Assembly (NCBI GenBank): GCA_003247225.1
Contig: QKAK01000162.1
Location: 1 to 55,431, forward strand
Reading direction: 5' to 3'
DNA from: Spirochaetota bacterium
GTDB taxonomy: Bacteria; Spirochaetota; Spirochaetia; Treponematales; UBA12059
DNA length: 55,431 nucleotides
Shown here: in pieces, positions 37,745-52,491 of the stretch
Numbering within the stretch: position 1 is the stretch's first letter
Layout of the letters: every line of letters begins with the position of its first letter
Translations under genes and position numbers: made by a program
The notes under the pieces: generated by a model
Told to the model about the DNA's origin: nothing
The model's input: only the letters and a program-made list of their open reading frames with translations
The model's database searches: none

Positions 37745-38490
37745 GAGAGCCTCCTGGACAGCAGGTCGAACAGGGCGTCGCTCGCGGCGCAGAGCAGTAT
37801 CCCGACCGCGGCCCAGGCGAACACCTCCGCGGTCTCCAGCATGACGCGGGCGTTCTGCATGCCCGTGCCGACGGCGTAGGCCGGCTGGCTCAGGACCTCG
37901 CCGGCGACCACGACCTTCCAGGATAGGCCGATCGCGTTCCTGGCGGCGGACGCGAGATGCGGCGCGGCGGACGGGAGGCGTATCCGCGCGGCTACGTCGC
38001 GGGCGGGCACGCCGAAGCTCCTGGCCATGTCGAGCAGGCGCGGGTCGGCGGACCGGACGCCGGCGGCGACGTCGGCGGCGGCTACCGGGAACGCCATCAC
38101 GACCGCGGAGAAGACCGGTACGATCCCCGACGGGAACCAGATCATCGCCAGCAGGATGATGGCTAGGACGGGGGTGGCCCGGGTGACGGTCAGCACCGGG
38201 GCGAGCATGGCCCTGAAACGGTCCGATACCCCGGCCGCGAAGCCGAGCGAGACGCCGAGGGCCATCGATACGCCGAACGAGGCGAGGCCCCTGAGGGCCG
38301 TGGCCGACAGCGCCGCGACGAAGCCGTCGGCCGACGCGACGCGGGCGAGGGCCGACAGGACGCGCTCGGGCGCCGGCAGTATGATTTCGGCGCCTACGGC
38401 GATGGAGCCTAGCTTCCAGACCGCCGCGAGCACCGCGACGGCCAGGAAGGCGTCGGCCTTAGCGCGCGAGGTCCGCGTACCAGGCGTCAT
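37729..38490 (-). CDS. NitT/TauT-type ABC transporter permease
   Basis: LPAP, hydrophobic segments, EAA-like 'LLDMARSFG' and WKVVVAGE. Confidence 0.9.
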   Translation of the reverse strand: MTPGTRTSRAKADAFLAVAVLAAVWKLGSIAVGAEIILPAPERVLSALARVASADGFVAALSATALRGLASFGVSMALGVSLGFAAGVSDRFRAMLAPVLTVTRATPVLAIILLAMIWFPSGIVPVFSAVVMAFPVAAADVAAGVRSADPRLLDMARSFGVPARDVAARIRLPSAAPHLASAARNAIGLSWKVVVAGEVLSQPAYAVGTGMQNARVMLETAEVFAWAAVGILLCAASDALFDLLSRRLSWATK

Positions 38491-39466
38491 CCGGCAGCTT
38501 CCCCCCGACCGACGCGGGGACCGCGGCGATGAATACCGATAGGAGCGCCTCGACGGCGGACCTGGCCTCGGGCGCCGCGACGAAGGTGAACGCGCAGGCC
38601 GGGATGGCCGCGGCGGCGACGGGCGCCTTGAGCCCCATGCCGTGCTTCTCGACCAGGGCCCCCGCGGCGGCGGGGTCGGCGATCGTCGACCGTATCGACG
38701 ACTCGTAGGCGGCGGCGAGGGCGGCGACCGCCGCCGGGCGCTCGTCTATCAGCGAGGCGCGGACGACGAACACGGTCATCGGGTAGTCGTCCTGGCCGGT
38801 GGCGCGTCGCCATAGCTCGGTCAGGGAGAACGGCACGACCGCGTCCCGGTTGCCGGACAGCGCCAGCGTCGCGAAGGGCTCGGGCAGCACGGCGCTGTCG
38901 ATGCGGCCGGCTACCAGGCTGGCCGCCATCTCGGGGTACGGCATGTTGAACACCATCCGCAGGTCGCGCTCCGGGTCGAGGCCGACCTCGGGCAGCACGG
39001 TCCTCATCAGGAACTCGGGCGTGGCGCCCTGGCCGGCGACGTAGAGCTCTCGGCCGCGCAGGTCGGCGGGCGACGAAAGGCTAGGGTCGGTGGTGACGAG
39101 CTTGACCATCCCGTTGCCGACGACGGCGACGAGCCTGTAGCCGAGCCCGGCGTTATAGAGCTTCGCGGCCATGTTGACGGGCAGGACGGCGGCGTCGAGC
39201 TCTCCGGACAATAGCTTCGCGGCCATCGCGTCGGCCGACGGCACCGCCTCGAAGGCGGCGGTAGCGGCCTGGGGCAGGGCCGGGGGATCCTCGAACAGGC
39301 CTATCATGCCGATGCCCGACGGCCCCTTGAGCGCGCCGACCCTGACGACGAGCGGCTCGAGCGGGGCCGCCTGAGCGGCGTCACGGGATGGTTCCTTAGC
39401 GCCGAGGGCGAAGGCGGCGGAGGCTAACGATAAAGCCGCGAAGGCGGCGATACAGCGACGGTACAT
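38459..39466 (-). CDS. NitT/TauT-type ABC substrate-binding protein
   Basis: Signal peptide ending AFALGAKE; LKGPSG, G.GATP and LPEPF. ATG 39466 follows AAAGGA. Confidence 0.88.
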   Translation of the reverse strand: MYRRCIAAFAALSLASAAFALGAKEPSRDAAQAAPLEPLVVRVGALKGPSGIGMIGLFEDPPALPQAATAAFEAVPSADAMAAKLLSGELDAAVLPVNMAAKLYNAGLGYRLVAVVGNGMVKLVTTDPSLSSPADLRGRELYVAGQGATPEFLMRTVLPEVGLDPERDLRMVFNMPYPEMAASLVAGRIDSAVLPEPFATLALSGNRDAVVPFSLTELWRRATGQDDYPMTVFVVRASLIDERPAAVAALAAAYESSIRSTIADPAAAGALVEKHGMGLKAPVAAAAIPACAFTFVAAPEARSAVEALLSVFIAAVPASVGGKLPDDAWYADLAR

Positions 39467-39590
39467 AGGCTTCCTTTCGACGGCGCGGCCGTCGCGTACG
39501 ATGATACCGCCCCGCCGGCGCATGGGCAAGCCCGACCGCCCCGAGGCGATGGCGCTTTCAACGGGGTCGTTTTTAGCATATAGTAGAGGC

Positions 39591-40058
39591 ATGCGATGCG
39601 ATGCCTGCGGTTCGATCGACAGCGTATTCTTCATCAAGCCGGACGGTACGGGGGGCGAACTGCGCCTCTGCAGGCGCTGCGCGCTGGCTCGCGGCTACGC
39701 CGTCGGCGGCGACGGCGTACTGGGCGCCGCCGCGGAGCCGGAACCGGCCGACGGTCCTGAGCCCGCCTGCGGCGAATGCGGCTGGACCGCCGAACGGCTC
39801 AGGGCTACCGGCAAGCTCGGGTGTCCCGCCTGCGCGGCGACGTTCAGGAGCCTGGTCTCCGCCATGATGGCCCGGGCCGGCGCCCGCGGCTCGTACGACG
39901 GCAAGGTGCCCAGGGCCATGCCTTCGTCCCGCGACGCCGACGGATCCCGGGCGGCCATGGCGCTATCGCTCGAGCGGGCCGTCGCCGAGGAGGATTTCGA
40001 GACCGCCGCCTCCATCCGGGACCGGCTCCGCGCCGCCGCGGCCAAGGCCAGGCCGTGA
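39591..40058 (+). CDS. mcsA: McsA-like protein (four CxxC motifs plus UVR domain)
   Basis: CDAC, CRRC, CGEC and LGCPAC; EEDFETAASIRD. Preceded by TTTCAA-N17-TATAGT-N6-ATG. Confidence 0.85.
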   Translation: MRCDACGSIDSVFFIKPDGTGGELRLCRRCALARGYAVGGDGVLGAAAEPEPADGPEPACGECGWTAERLRATGKLGCPACAATFRSLVSAMMARAGARGSYDGKVPRAMPSSRDADGSRAAMALSLERAVAEEDFETAASIRDRLRAAAAKARP

Positions 40059-41096
40059 CGCTGCAAGGCCCCGCCTCGATGCCGCCTCGGCTCGGCGACC
40101 ATCCCGAGTACGACGTCGTGGTCCGATCCTACGTTCAGGCGGATCGCAACATGGTCGGAACCCGCTTCCCCCATGCCCTAGGCTCGGACGAAGCCCGCGA
40201 TTCGCGCGCTAGCCTCGGCGCTGCCGCGAGGGCCTGCGGCTACGATGTCGCGAGGGTCGGCGACCTGGACGCCCCGTGCCGCTCGAACCTCGCCGAACGG
40301 GAGCTGTACTCGAGGCCGTACCTGCTCGACGACGACAACCTGGCCGCCCTGAAGCGCGATAGCGCCGCATGGCTGGCGGTCAACGACGCGAATCACCTGT
40401 CGATGCGCGCGGCCCTGCCAGGCCTGGACCTGGAGGCCGCCTGGGACATCGTGTCGGCGGCCGACGACCAGCTGTCCGATTGCCTCGGCGACCGGCCCTG
40501 GGCCTTCGATGCGGGCTTCGGCTATATCATGTCCGAGGCGTCGCGCTGCGGTAGCGGCCTATCCGCGCGCGTCACCGTGCACGCGCCCGGCTTGGCGATA
40601 TCCGGGCTTGCCGAGACCGCCTTCAAGCGGGCGATGGAGGCGGGCTTCGTCGTCTCCGGCTCGTACTCGAGCCTGGCCGCCTCGGGCGGCTCGCTGTTCG
40701 ACCTGTCGCTGCCGTACGCGCGCCGCGATCCCGAGCGCGCCGCGCTCGGGCGCCTGTCGTCGGCGGCCAGGGCGATAGCCGAGTACGAGAGGCGCGCCAG
40801 GGCGGAGTTGCTCTCGGCCAGCCCGTGGGACATACTCGATACCATCGGGCGCGCCGCCGGCAAGGCGGCCGGGGCCAGGCTGCTGTCGCGAGACGAGGCG
40901 GCCGATATATGCTCCGGGCTCAGGCTCGGGCTGGCCTTAGGCGTCCTCGAGGGGCTGAGCCTCGAGGCGGCGACGGACCTGTGGCCGGCGCTGCGGGTCA
41001 AGCCCGCCCAGGCCGACGGCGAACCGGAGGCGGCGCGCAGGGCGACGAGCCTTAGGCTCGCGGTAGCGGGACTACGATTTTCGCAGGGGTACATCG

Positions 41097-41104
<8 letters not shown>
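40055..41104 (+). CDS. McsB-like ATP:guanido phosphotransferase, catalytic motifs degenerate
   Basis: Lies between mcsA and clpC; DRN...RFP, VN...HL, AFD..FGY, GSGL...V..H.PGL, E..AR and LRLG are present. Confidence 0.8.
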
Positions 41105-43619
<2,515 letters not shown>

Positions 43620-43635
43620 CCGCCGGTTTCGGGGG

Positions 43636-45039
43636 CTAGTCGCCGTCCCTGCCGATGAGGCGCCTGAGCTCCTTGAGCCGGCCCTCGTCGAGCTTGACGC
43701 GCAGGTTCTTCTCCTGGGTCGGGATGACCAGGCCCTTGGGACCGTTCTTGGCCCGCCTGAGGTACTTCGCCTGCGTGTAGTACAGGTCGCCGGCGCCGGA
43801 CGATCGGCCCTTCGAGTAGTACAGCGCCAGGGTCCCCGCGTCGAGCATGACCTCGAGCGGCACGCTTTTCCCCGCCCTGGCCTTGACGAACACGTACGAG
43901 CCCGAGTAGTCGCGCGCGTGGAACCACAGGTCGTTGCCGCGGACGTGGCGGCGCAGCAGCTCGTCGTTCTCTGCGGCCGAGCGGCCTACGAGGATAAGCC
44001 AGCCGTCGCGCTCGAGCGACAGCCCGGGGAAGCGCTTCGGCCCCTGCGACGGCGCGGTCCGGCGCTTGGCCAGGAACGCGCGGATAGCGTACGGGTTATC
44101 CGTCGCCTCGACGCGCCGGCGCTCGTCGTCGAGCGCCAAGACAGCCGCGCGCAGCTCGTCGAGCTCGGCGGCGGTCTCCAGGGCTCCCGAGCGCGCCTTC
44201 TTGGCCTTCTCGTAGAGGGCCTTGGCGTTATCGACGACGCTCTTCGACGGGTCGACGCGGATGACCACCTCGCCGCCGCGGAAGAAGTCGTCCGCCTTGA
44301 GCGACGGCCCCGATAGCGGCTGGCCCGAGTTGGCCATCAGGATATCGCCGAGCTCGCGGTAGCGGTCGGCGTCGGCGTACTCGGCGGCCGCCTTCTCCAG
44401 GGCCTCTACGCGCGACTCGAGCTGGGAGCGCCGCTGGCTGAAGTACTTGGCCGCGCGCTCGAGCAGCGCGGCGCGTGACAGCTCCGAGCCGTGCTCGGCG
44501 TAGTACGCGTCGACCCGCTCGTTGAAGGAGCCGTCGCCGGGCAGCTCGCGCACGGAGAATTCCTTGGCCGGAGCGGGGCCGACCAAGGGCTCGTAGCGGC
44601 CGCCCGCCAGCTCGCCGCGCGCCGGCTTCCTGGCCAGCGCGTCGACGATCGTGCCGTCGGGCCTGCAGAGTATGATGTTCGCGGCGCCGGACCACAGGCG
44701 CGCGTACAGCACGCGCCGCTCGTCGTCCTTGCCGGCGACCAGCCTGACGATGCGCTCGGAGCCGAGCTGCTCGACCGACTCTATCCTGAGCCCGCGCAGC
44801 TGGGCCCGCAGCAGCTCCATGAAGCGCTGGGGTTTCTCGGCCTTCGGCACCCTGACGCCCGTGGCGTGGACTCGGCAGGCGCCGTGGGCCACGCAGAACA
44901 GGAGCTCGGTCGCCGCGCCCGGTTTATAGCACGACAGGAGCAGCGTGTCGTAGGAAGGCTGGACCACCTTCTGGATCTGCGCCCCGACGAGGTCGAGCTC
45001 CGAAAGCACCGCGTCTATCTCACGCCAATTCAGCGACAT
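43636..45039 (-). CDS. NFACT/RqcH (FbpA-like) ribosome quality-control protein
   Basis: NFACT-N (ERIV...ANIIL), coiled coil 'NAKALYEKAKK' and NFACT-R (VGRSA.END.L...DLWFHARD..GSYV). Confidence 0.9.
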   Translation of the reverse strand: MSLNWREIDAVLSELDLVGAQIQKVVQPSYDTLLLSCYKPGAATELLFCVAHGACRVHATGVRVPKAEKPQRFMELLRAQLRGLRIESVEQLGSERIVRLVAGKDDERRVLYARLWSGAANIILCRPDGTIVDALARKPARGELAGGRYEPLVGPAPAKEFSVRELPGDGSFNERVDAYYAEHGSELSRAALLERAAKYFSQRRSQLESRVEALEKAAAEYADADRYRELGDILMANSGQPLSGPSLKADDFFRGGEVVIRVDPSKSVVDNAKALYEKAKKARSGALETAAELDELRAAVLALDDERRRVEATDNPYAIRAFLAKRRTAPSQGPKRFPGLSLERDGWLILVGRSAAENDELLRRHVRGNDLWFHARDYSGSYVFVKARAGKSVPLEVMLDAGTLALYYSKGRSSGAGDLYYTQAKYLRRAKNGPKGLVIPTQEKNLRVKLDEGRLKELRRLIGRDGD

Positions 45040-45090
45040 ATATGGACCTATTCATAGGATCGCGACAGCGATACAGGAAAGAAGCAGATG

Positions 45091-45230
45091 ATTTGAAAAA
45101 GCAGACCACGGAGGCACGGAGGAAGCGAAAGAGCGAATCCAAAGAGAACCGGCTTTTTCCTCAAACCTTCTCTGCTTTTTACTCGTAGTGTCGTTCCTAC
45201 TCCGTGGCTCCGTGACTCCGTGGTTCAAAT
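45091..45230. repeat. ~140-bp non-coding inverted-repeat (MITE/REP-like) element with CACGGAG-N octamer-period units
   Basis: Left arm ATTTGA..ACCACGGAG-G-CACGGAG (45091-45121); right arm CTCCGTG-G-CTCCGTG-A-CTCCGTGGT-TCAAAT (45200-45230); much lower GC than the flanks. Confidence 0.75.
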
Positions 45231-45256
45231 TCCCTCATCACTTTCTTGAGTGCCTG

Positions 45257-48037
<2,781 letters not shown>

Positions 48038-48044
48038 GCTGGTT

Positions 48045-48074
48045 AATCTATATCTTTTAACGATAAGCGGTCAA
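48045..48074 (-). promoter_or_regulatory. Sigma-70 promoter, leaderless-type, of secA
   Basis: Minus strand TTGACC-N18-TAGATT, 7 nt before the ATG at 48037; no SD. Confidence 0.6.
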
Positions 48075-48125
48075 GCAAGACCCGGGCGGCCGGGCTGGGC
48101 CGATTCTCGTTCCGGGGGGCGGGCC

Positions 48126-49346
48126 GTGGCAGGCAAGGGGCACAACGTACTGATCATAGCGGCGGCGCTGGCGGCGCTGCTCGCCTCGTGCTCCGACGCG
48201 CGCGACGTGACGGCGCTGCAGCGCGAGCAGCTGTTCACCCTCGGCTACGGCGTGCTCGAGGACCAGCTCAACCTGTTCAGCCTCGAGGGCAACGCGCCGC
48301 CCGCGAAGACCGCCCTGGCCATGCGCGACGGCATCTTCTTCGTCTCGAACGGCAACGCGGCCAAGGTCATGACCCTGTCGTCGTTCGGCGACCTCCTGGC
48401 GATGGTCTACAATCCCGAGCGCAACCCTCCGCCGCTTACCCTGCAGGCCGCCGAGGCCGGAACAGCGGCCCAGGGCCGGGTCGCCAGGGCCTATCCCTTC
48501 GGCTCGCCCGGCGAGATAGCGGTCGACTCGAAGCGCACCATCTTCGTCGAGGACCGCGTGCCCGACTCGCGCCGGTCGTACGACGAGGCGTCGATGGCCA
48601 GCCTCGAGTACGTCGTGCTGCGCTTCTCCCGCGACGGCGAGTACCTCGACTACCTGGGCCAGGAGGGCGTCGGCGGCACGCCGTTCCCGAGCATCGTCGG
48701 CCTCTACATCACCGCGTCCGACGATTGCGTCGTCGTATGCCTGACCGGCGCCGGCTGGACCGCCTTCTCCTTCGACCGTAACGGCATCCTGGAGTCGACG
48801 GTCGCGATACGCCGCGACGAGCTGCCGAGGCCTCCCGAGGAGGCGGACGGCATCGCGTCCCTCGACCGGATCGTGGCGGCGCCGGACGGATCGGGCCTGA
48901 TCATCAAGATCGACTATTATAGGGAGATAATCGACGAGGAGACCCATACCCAGGCCGGCATCGAGTTCTCGTCGTCGTGGGCCTGGGTCATGGACGGCTC
49001 GAACGGCGCCTACGTCGAGCGCTACGAGCTCCAGCCCTTCGAGTCCATGGTCAAGGAGGAGGGCGGCGGCCGCCCGGTCCCGAGGGCCTGGGAGCTGGTC
49101 GGCGCCGCGGCGGGGACGCTGTTCCTGGCGGCGACCGACGACGACGGATCCACCTACTACGGGCTGTTCGACAGGGCCTCGCGGACGATGCGGCGCTTCT
49201 CGCTGAAGATCGATCCCGACGAGCTCCTGTACGCGTCGTTCTCGCTGTCGCCCGAGGGCATACTCTCGGCCATACTCGGTTCCCGCTACGAGGCGCGCTT
49301 CGTCTGGTGGCGCTTCGACCGCCTGATAGGCGGGCTCGCGCCGTGA
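48126..49346 (+). CDS. Putative lipoprotein, beta-rich (possible beta-propeller)
   Basis: Lipobox LLAS-C after a hydrophobic stretch; NHL-like 'IAVDSKRTIFVED' and 'YLGQEG.GGTPF'. GTG start inferred. Confidence 0.75.
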   Translation: MAGKGHNVLIIAAALAALLASCSDARDVTALQREQLFTLGYGVLEDQLNLFSLEGNAPPAKTALAMRDGIFFVSNGNAAKVMTLSSFGDLLAMVYNPERNPPPLTLQAAEAGTAAQGRVARAYPFGSPGEIAVDSKRTIFVEDRVPDSRRSYDEASMASLEYVVLRFSRDGEYLDYLGQEGVGGTPFPSIVGLYITASDDCVVVCLTGAGWTAFSFDRNGILESTVAIRRDELPRPPEEADGIASLDRIVAAPDGSGLIIKIDYYREIIDEETHTQAGIEFSSSWAWVMDGSNGAYVERYELQPFESMVKEEGGGRPVPRAWELVGAAAGTLFLAATDDDGSTYYGLFDRASRTMRRFSLKIDPDELLYASFSLSPEGILSAILGSRYEARFVWWRFDRLIGGLAP

Positions 49347-50887
49347 GGCCGCTCGTCGGCTTCGCCTCGGCCCTGGCGCTCGACGCGTCGGCGAGGGAGC
49401 GCTACGGCCTAGCCGACGATCTCCTGATGGAGGCCGCCGCCGTCGGCATGGCCGCCGCGATCGAGGCCGACCCGGCCCTGAGGGCCGCGATGGCCTCGGG
49501 CTCGCCCGCGGCCGCGGCGGTCTGCGGCGGCGGCGGCAACGCCGGGGACGCGCTGGCCGTTCTCCGGCGCCTGGCTCTCTCAGGCAAGAAGGGCCTGGTA
49601 GCGATCGCGCCCGAACGCCTCGGCCCCGTCGCCGAGAGGCGGCTGGCCGAGGCCAGGCTCGCCGGCGTACGCGTCATCGGCGTCGACGACGACGAGGCCC
49701 GTCGGGCCGTCGCGGGCGCCGGCGTCGTGCTCGACGGGCTGTCGGGCGTCGGCTTCAAGGGGCCGGCCCGGGGAGCCCTCGCGCGGGCGGCCGCCCTGAT
49801 ATCGTCCGCATCCGGCGTCGTCGTCTCGGTCGACGTGCCTTCTGGCGTCGGCGCGCTCCAGTCGGCCGACGCCGACCCCGGCGAGCCGGTACGCGCCGCC
49901 GCCACGCTCTGCGTCGAGCCCCTGAAGGCCGAGCCGTACTACCCCGGCTTCCGGCCCTTCGCCGGCCGTATCCTGCCTATCGGCGGGGTGTTCGAGCGAT
50001 CGGCCGGCTCGTCGTCGACAATGGCCCTCCTGGGACCCGAGGACCTGCGCGACGCGCTGCCCCGGCTCGATCCCGACTGCCACAAGGGCGAGCGCGGCGC
50101 CGTCTGCGCCTTCGCCGGCTCGTACGGCGGCGTAGGGGCCGCCGCGCTCTGCTCTAGGGCCGCGGCCGCGGCCGGCGCCGGCAGCGTCACCCTGCTGGCG
50201 CGCGACGAGCTGGTGCCGATACTATCGTCGATGCTCGTCTCGCAGATGGTCCGGCCCGAGTCCGACCCGGGCGCCAGGCGCTTCACCGCGGCCCTGGCCG
50301 GGCCCGGCTGGGGCGTCGACGAGCGGAACGCCGGGCGGCTCGAGGAGCTGTGGGACGCGGCCCTGCCGCTGGCCCTGGACGCGGACGCGCTCCGGCTGCT
50401 CGCGGCTTCCGGCCTATCGCGGCGCTGCTCGCCGCTCCTCCTGACCCCGCATCCGGGCGAGTTCGCGCCGCTGGCGGCCCTGGCCTCGGGCCGCGACCCC
50501 GACGACCCGGCCGCCGTCGAGCTGGCCGCGCGCAGGGCCCGCTTCGACACGGCCGCCGTCGTCGCCGAGACGGCCGCTTATTACGGCGCCGTCGTCGCGC
50601 TCAAGGGAGCCGTAACCTGGATAGGCGACCCGGACGGCCGCCTGGCCGTCTGGGACGGCCGCGAGCCCGCCCTGGCGACCGCCGGCTCGGGGGACGTGCT
50701 AGCGGGGCTCGCGGCCGGTTTCCTGGCGCGCGGAGCCTCGGCCTGGGACGCGGCCCGAGCCGCCGTCATAGTCCACGGCCTCGCCGGCCGAGCCCTGGCG
50801 CGCCGCGGCTTCTTCGAGGCGGAAGCCCTCGTGCCCGAGGCCGCCAGGCTGTCGTACGGAAGGAGCTCCGATGGAGACGAAGGATAA
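49343..50887 (+). CDS. nnr: Bifunctional NAD(P)H-hydrate epimerase/dehydratase (YjeF)
   Basis: LMEAAA, GNAGD, DGLSGVG, VDVPSG; HKG.RG, GPG.G, DADAL, LTPHPGEF, LKG and ATAGSGDVLAG. Confidence 0.92.
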   Translation: MRPLVGFASALALDASARERYGLADDLLMEAAAVGMAAAIEADPALRAAMASGSPAAAAVCGGGGNAGDALAVLRRLALSGKKGLVAIAPERLGPVAERRLAEARLAGVRVIGVDDDEARRAVAGAGVVLDGLSGVGFKGPARGALARAAALISSASGVVVSVDVPSGVGALQSADADPGEPVRAAATLCVEPLKAEPYYPGFRPFAGRILPIGGVFERSAGSSSTMALLGPEDLRDALPRLDPDCHKGERGAVCAFAGSYGGVGAAALCSRAAAAAGAGSVTLLARDELVPILSSMLVSQMVRPESDPGARRFTAALAGPGWGVDERNAGRLEELWDAALPLALDADALRLLAASGLSRRCSPLLLTPHPGEFAPLAALASGRDPDDPAAVELAARRARFDTAAVVAETAAYYGAVVALKGAVTWIGDPDGRLAVWDGREPALATAGSGDVLAGLAAGFLARGASAWDAARAAVIVHGLAGRALARRGFFEAEALVPEAARLSYGRSSDGDEG

Positions 50888-51398
50888 GGACCAGGTCGTC
50901 TACTACTACGACCGCTCAAAGCGCATGGAGAAGGCCGGGCCCTACGCCCGTTTCATGGCCGATCACTACGGGGCCAAGCGCCCCGGCATACTGCGCTCGC
51001 TGACGGCGACCCGGCCGCTCAAGTCCCTGTTCTACGCGCTGATCTTCATGCTCGTGGCGGTGCTCGTCGTCGGCTACGTCCAGGGATCGAGGAATACCGG
51101 TACCGTGGCCGGCGCGCGGCTGGTCGCGACCGCGATGTGGTTCGACGGCCACGTCTACGTTACCGTCAAGCGGAAGCCGCCGTTCCTGGGCCGGGAGCCC
51201 GGGCCGCAGGATAGGCCGGCGATAGAGATAGCGGCCGGCGACGGCTCGGCTCACGCCGTCTCGGTATTGCAGGCGGCCGACGACGAGGCGCGGCTGCGTT
51301 TCGAGGCCTCCGACAAGCCCGACGCGGTGGCCGTGCTCGCCACGGCCGCTGTCGGAGACGGCGAGGCGAGGCTGGAGCTGCTGGTCAAGGTCGAGTGA
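50871..51398 (+). CDS. Hypothetical membrane-anchored protein
   Basis: YYYDRSKR N-terminal motif, single TM segment, GGAG RBS; overlaps the nnr stop. Confidence 0.7.
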   Translation: METKDKDQVVYYYDRSKRMEKAGPYARFMADHYGAKRPGILRSLTATRPLKSLFYALIFMLVAVLVVGYVQGSRNTGTVAGARLVATAMWFDGHVYVTVKRKPPFLGREPGPQDRPAIEIAAGDGSAHAVSVLQAADDEARLRFEASDKPDAVAVLATAAVGDGEARLELLVKVE

Positions 51399-51474
51399 CG
51401 AAGGCCCCGCGTCGCCTTGACCGCTCACGGGCTTTTCATTATGGTACCTTACGAGGCTGAAGGGGGAAGTCGGC

Positions 51475-51885
51475 ATGGTTCAGTTCTATCTCTTGAGCGT
51501 TCTGATGAATATCGTATCCGGGTACGCTCTGGTATCGACCGACGCCGAGCCGAGGGGTACCAAGATGGACGGTATCCGCGAATTCCTCCGCGACGGCACC
51601 ATCCGGCTCGTGCTCGGCATACTCTGCGCCGCGGTGGGCTTCTTCAAGCTGCTGACCGTCATGCGCGGCGACGTCCCGGTCGTCGGCGACCTCGTGCCGT
51701 CCTTGGCCGGCCTCGCCGCCGGGTTCTCGCTGCTGCTCGAATTCTATAAGGGCAACTCGAACGTGACGACCCCGGCCCTCGATAAGCTCGACGCCATCTT
51801 CGTATCGCAGCGCCGCGTCGTCGGTATCGTCGCCATCGTCAGCGGCTTCGTGCATTTCCTGTTCGGGAACGTGCTCTTCCTCTAG
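51475..51885 (+). CDS. Hypothetical integral membrane protein (about 4 TM)
   Basis: Four hydrophobic segments; upstream TTGACC-N17-TATGGT (51417-51445). Confidence 0.75.
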   Translation: MVQFYLLSVLMNIVSGYALVSTDAEPRGTKMDGIREFLRDGTIRLVLGILCAAVGFFKLLTVMRGDVPVVGDLVPSLAGLAAGFSLLLEFYKGNSNVTTPALDKLDAIFVSQRRVVGIVAIVSGFVHFLFGNVLFL

Positions 51886-52281
51886 ATGCGGTCGATAGCC
51901 GGCGTCTCGATCCGTAACGGCCGCGTATTCGTCGCCCGCAGGGCCCGCGGCGGCCCGATGGGCGGCACCTGGGAGTTCCCCGGCGGTAAGCTCGAGCCGG
52001 GCGAGAGCGACGCCGAGGCGATCGTCAGGGAGTTCGACGAGGAATTCGCGCTACGCGTCGCGCCCGGGCCGACGATAGGCGAGTCCGGCTTCGTCAACGG
52101 CGTCAAGCCGTACGAGCTGGCCGCCGTCATGGTCGAGTTCGACGGCGAGCCGCCGGCGCTCCGCGAGCACGACGAGTATCGCTGGGTAGGCGCCGAGGAG
52201 CTCGTAGCGCTCGAGCTGTCCGACTCCGACCGCTCGCTGCTCGCGTTCGTGCTGCCGCTACTGGTCGACCGGGTCGAATAG
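51886..52281 (+). CDS. NUDIX hydrolase, MutT/NudG-like
   Basis: WEFPGGKLEPGES...AIVREFDEE Nudix box. Confidence 0.9.
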   Translation: MRSIAGVSIRNGRVFVARRARGGPMGGTWEFPGGKLEPGESDAEAIVREFDEEFALRVAPGPTIGESGFVNGVKPYELAAVMVEFDGEPPALREHDEYRWVGAEELVALELSDSDRSLLAFVLPLLVDRVE

Positions 52282-52491
52282 GCCGAGCTCCGGCTTGCCG
52301 TCCGGCGGCGCCGGCTCGTTGAGCAGTATCTCCACCCGGGCCTCGATGCGGTCGAGGTCCTTCTCGAGCCCCTTGGACAGCTTGACGCCTTCCTCGAACG
52401 CGGCGACCGCGTCCTCGAGGGCCAGGTCCGGCTCGCGTATCTTCTCCGACAGCTCCTCGAGCCTTCTCAGCCGTTCCTCGAAACTCTTCAT
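52258..52491 (-). CDS. xseB: Exodeoxyribonuclease VII small subunit
   Basis: SFEERLRRLEE...LEDAVAAFEEGVKL; adjacent to xseA. Confidence 0.93.
   Translation of the reverse strand: MKSFEERLRRLEELSEKIREPDLALEDAVAAFEEGVKLSKGLEKDLDRIEARVEILLNEPAPPDGKPELGLFDPVDQ

Noticed and set aside
39776-40054. Longer start for mcsB; likewise the longer starts for argS (18429), ispE (25110), SBP (39637), nnr (48977) and 53562
   Set aside because: These overlap neighbouring genes or promoters. Downstream starts have RBS, GTGA coupling or promoter support.
45091-45230. Possible CRISPR array or complete IS element
   Set aside because: The repeats are inverted 7-9-mers without unique spacers, and there is no transposase. 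Kept only as a MITE/REP-like candidate.
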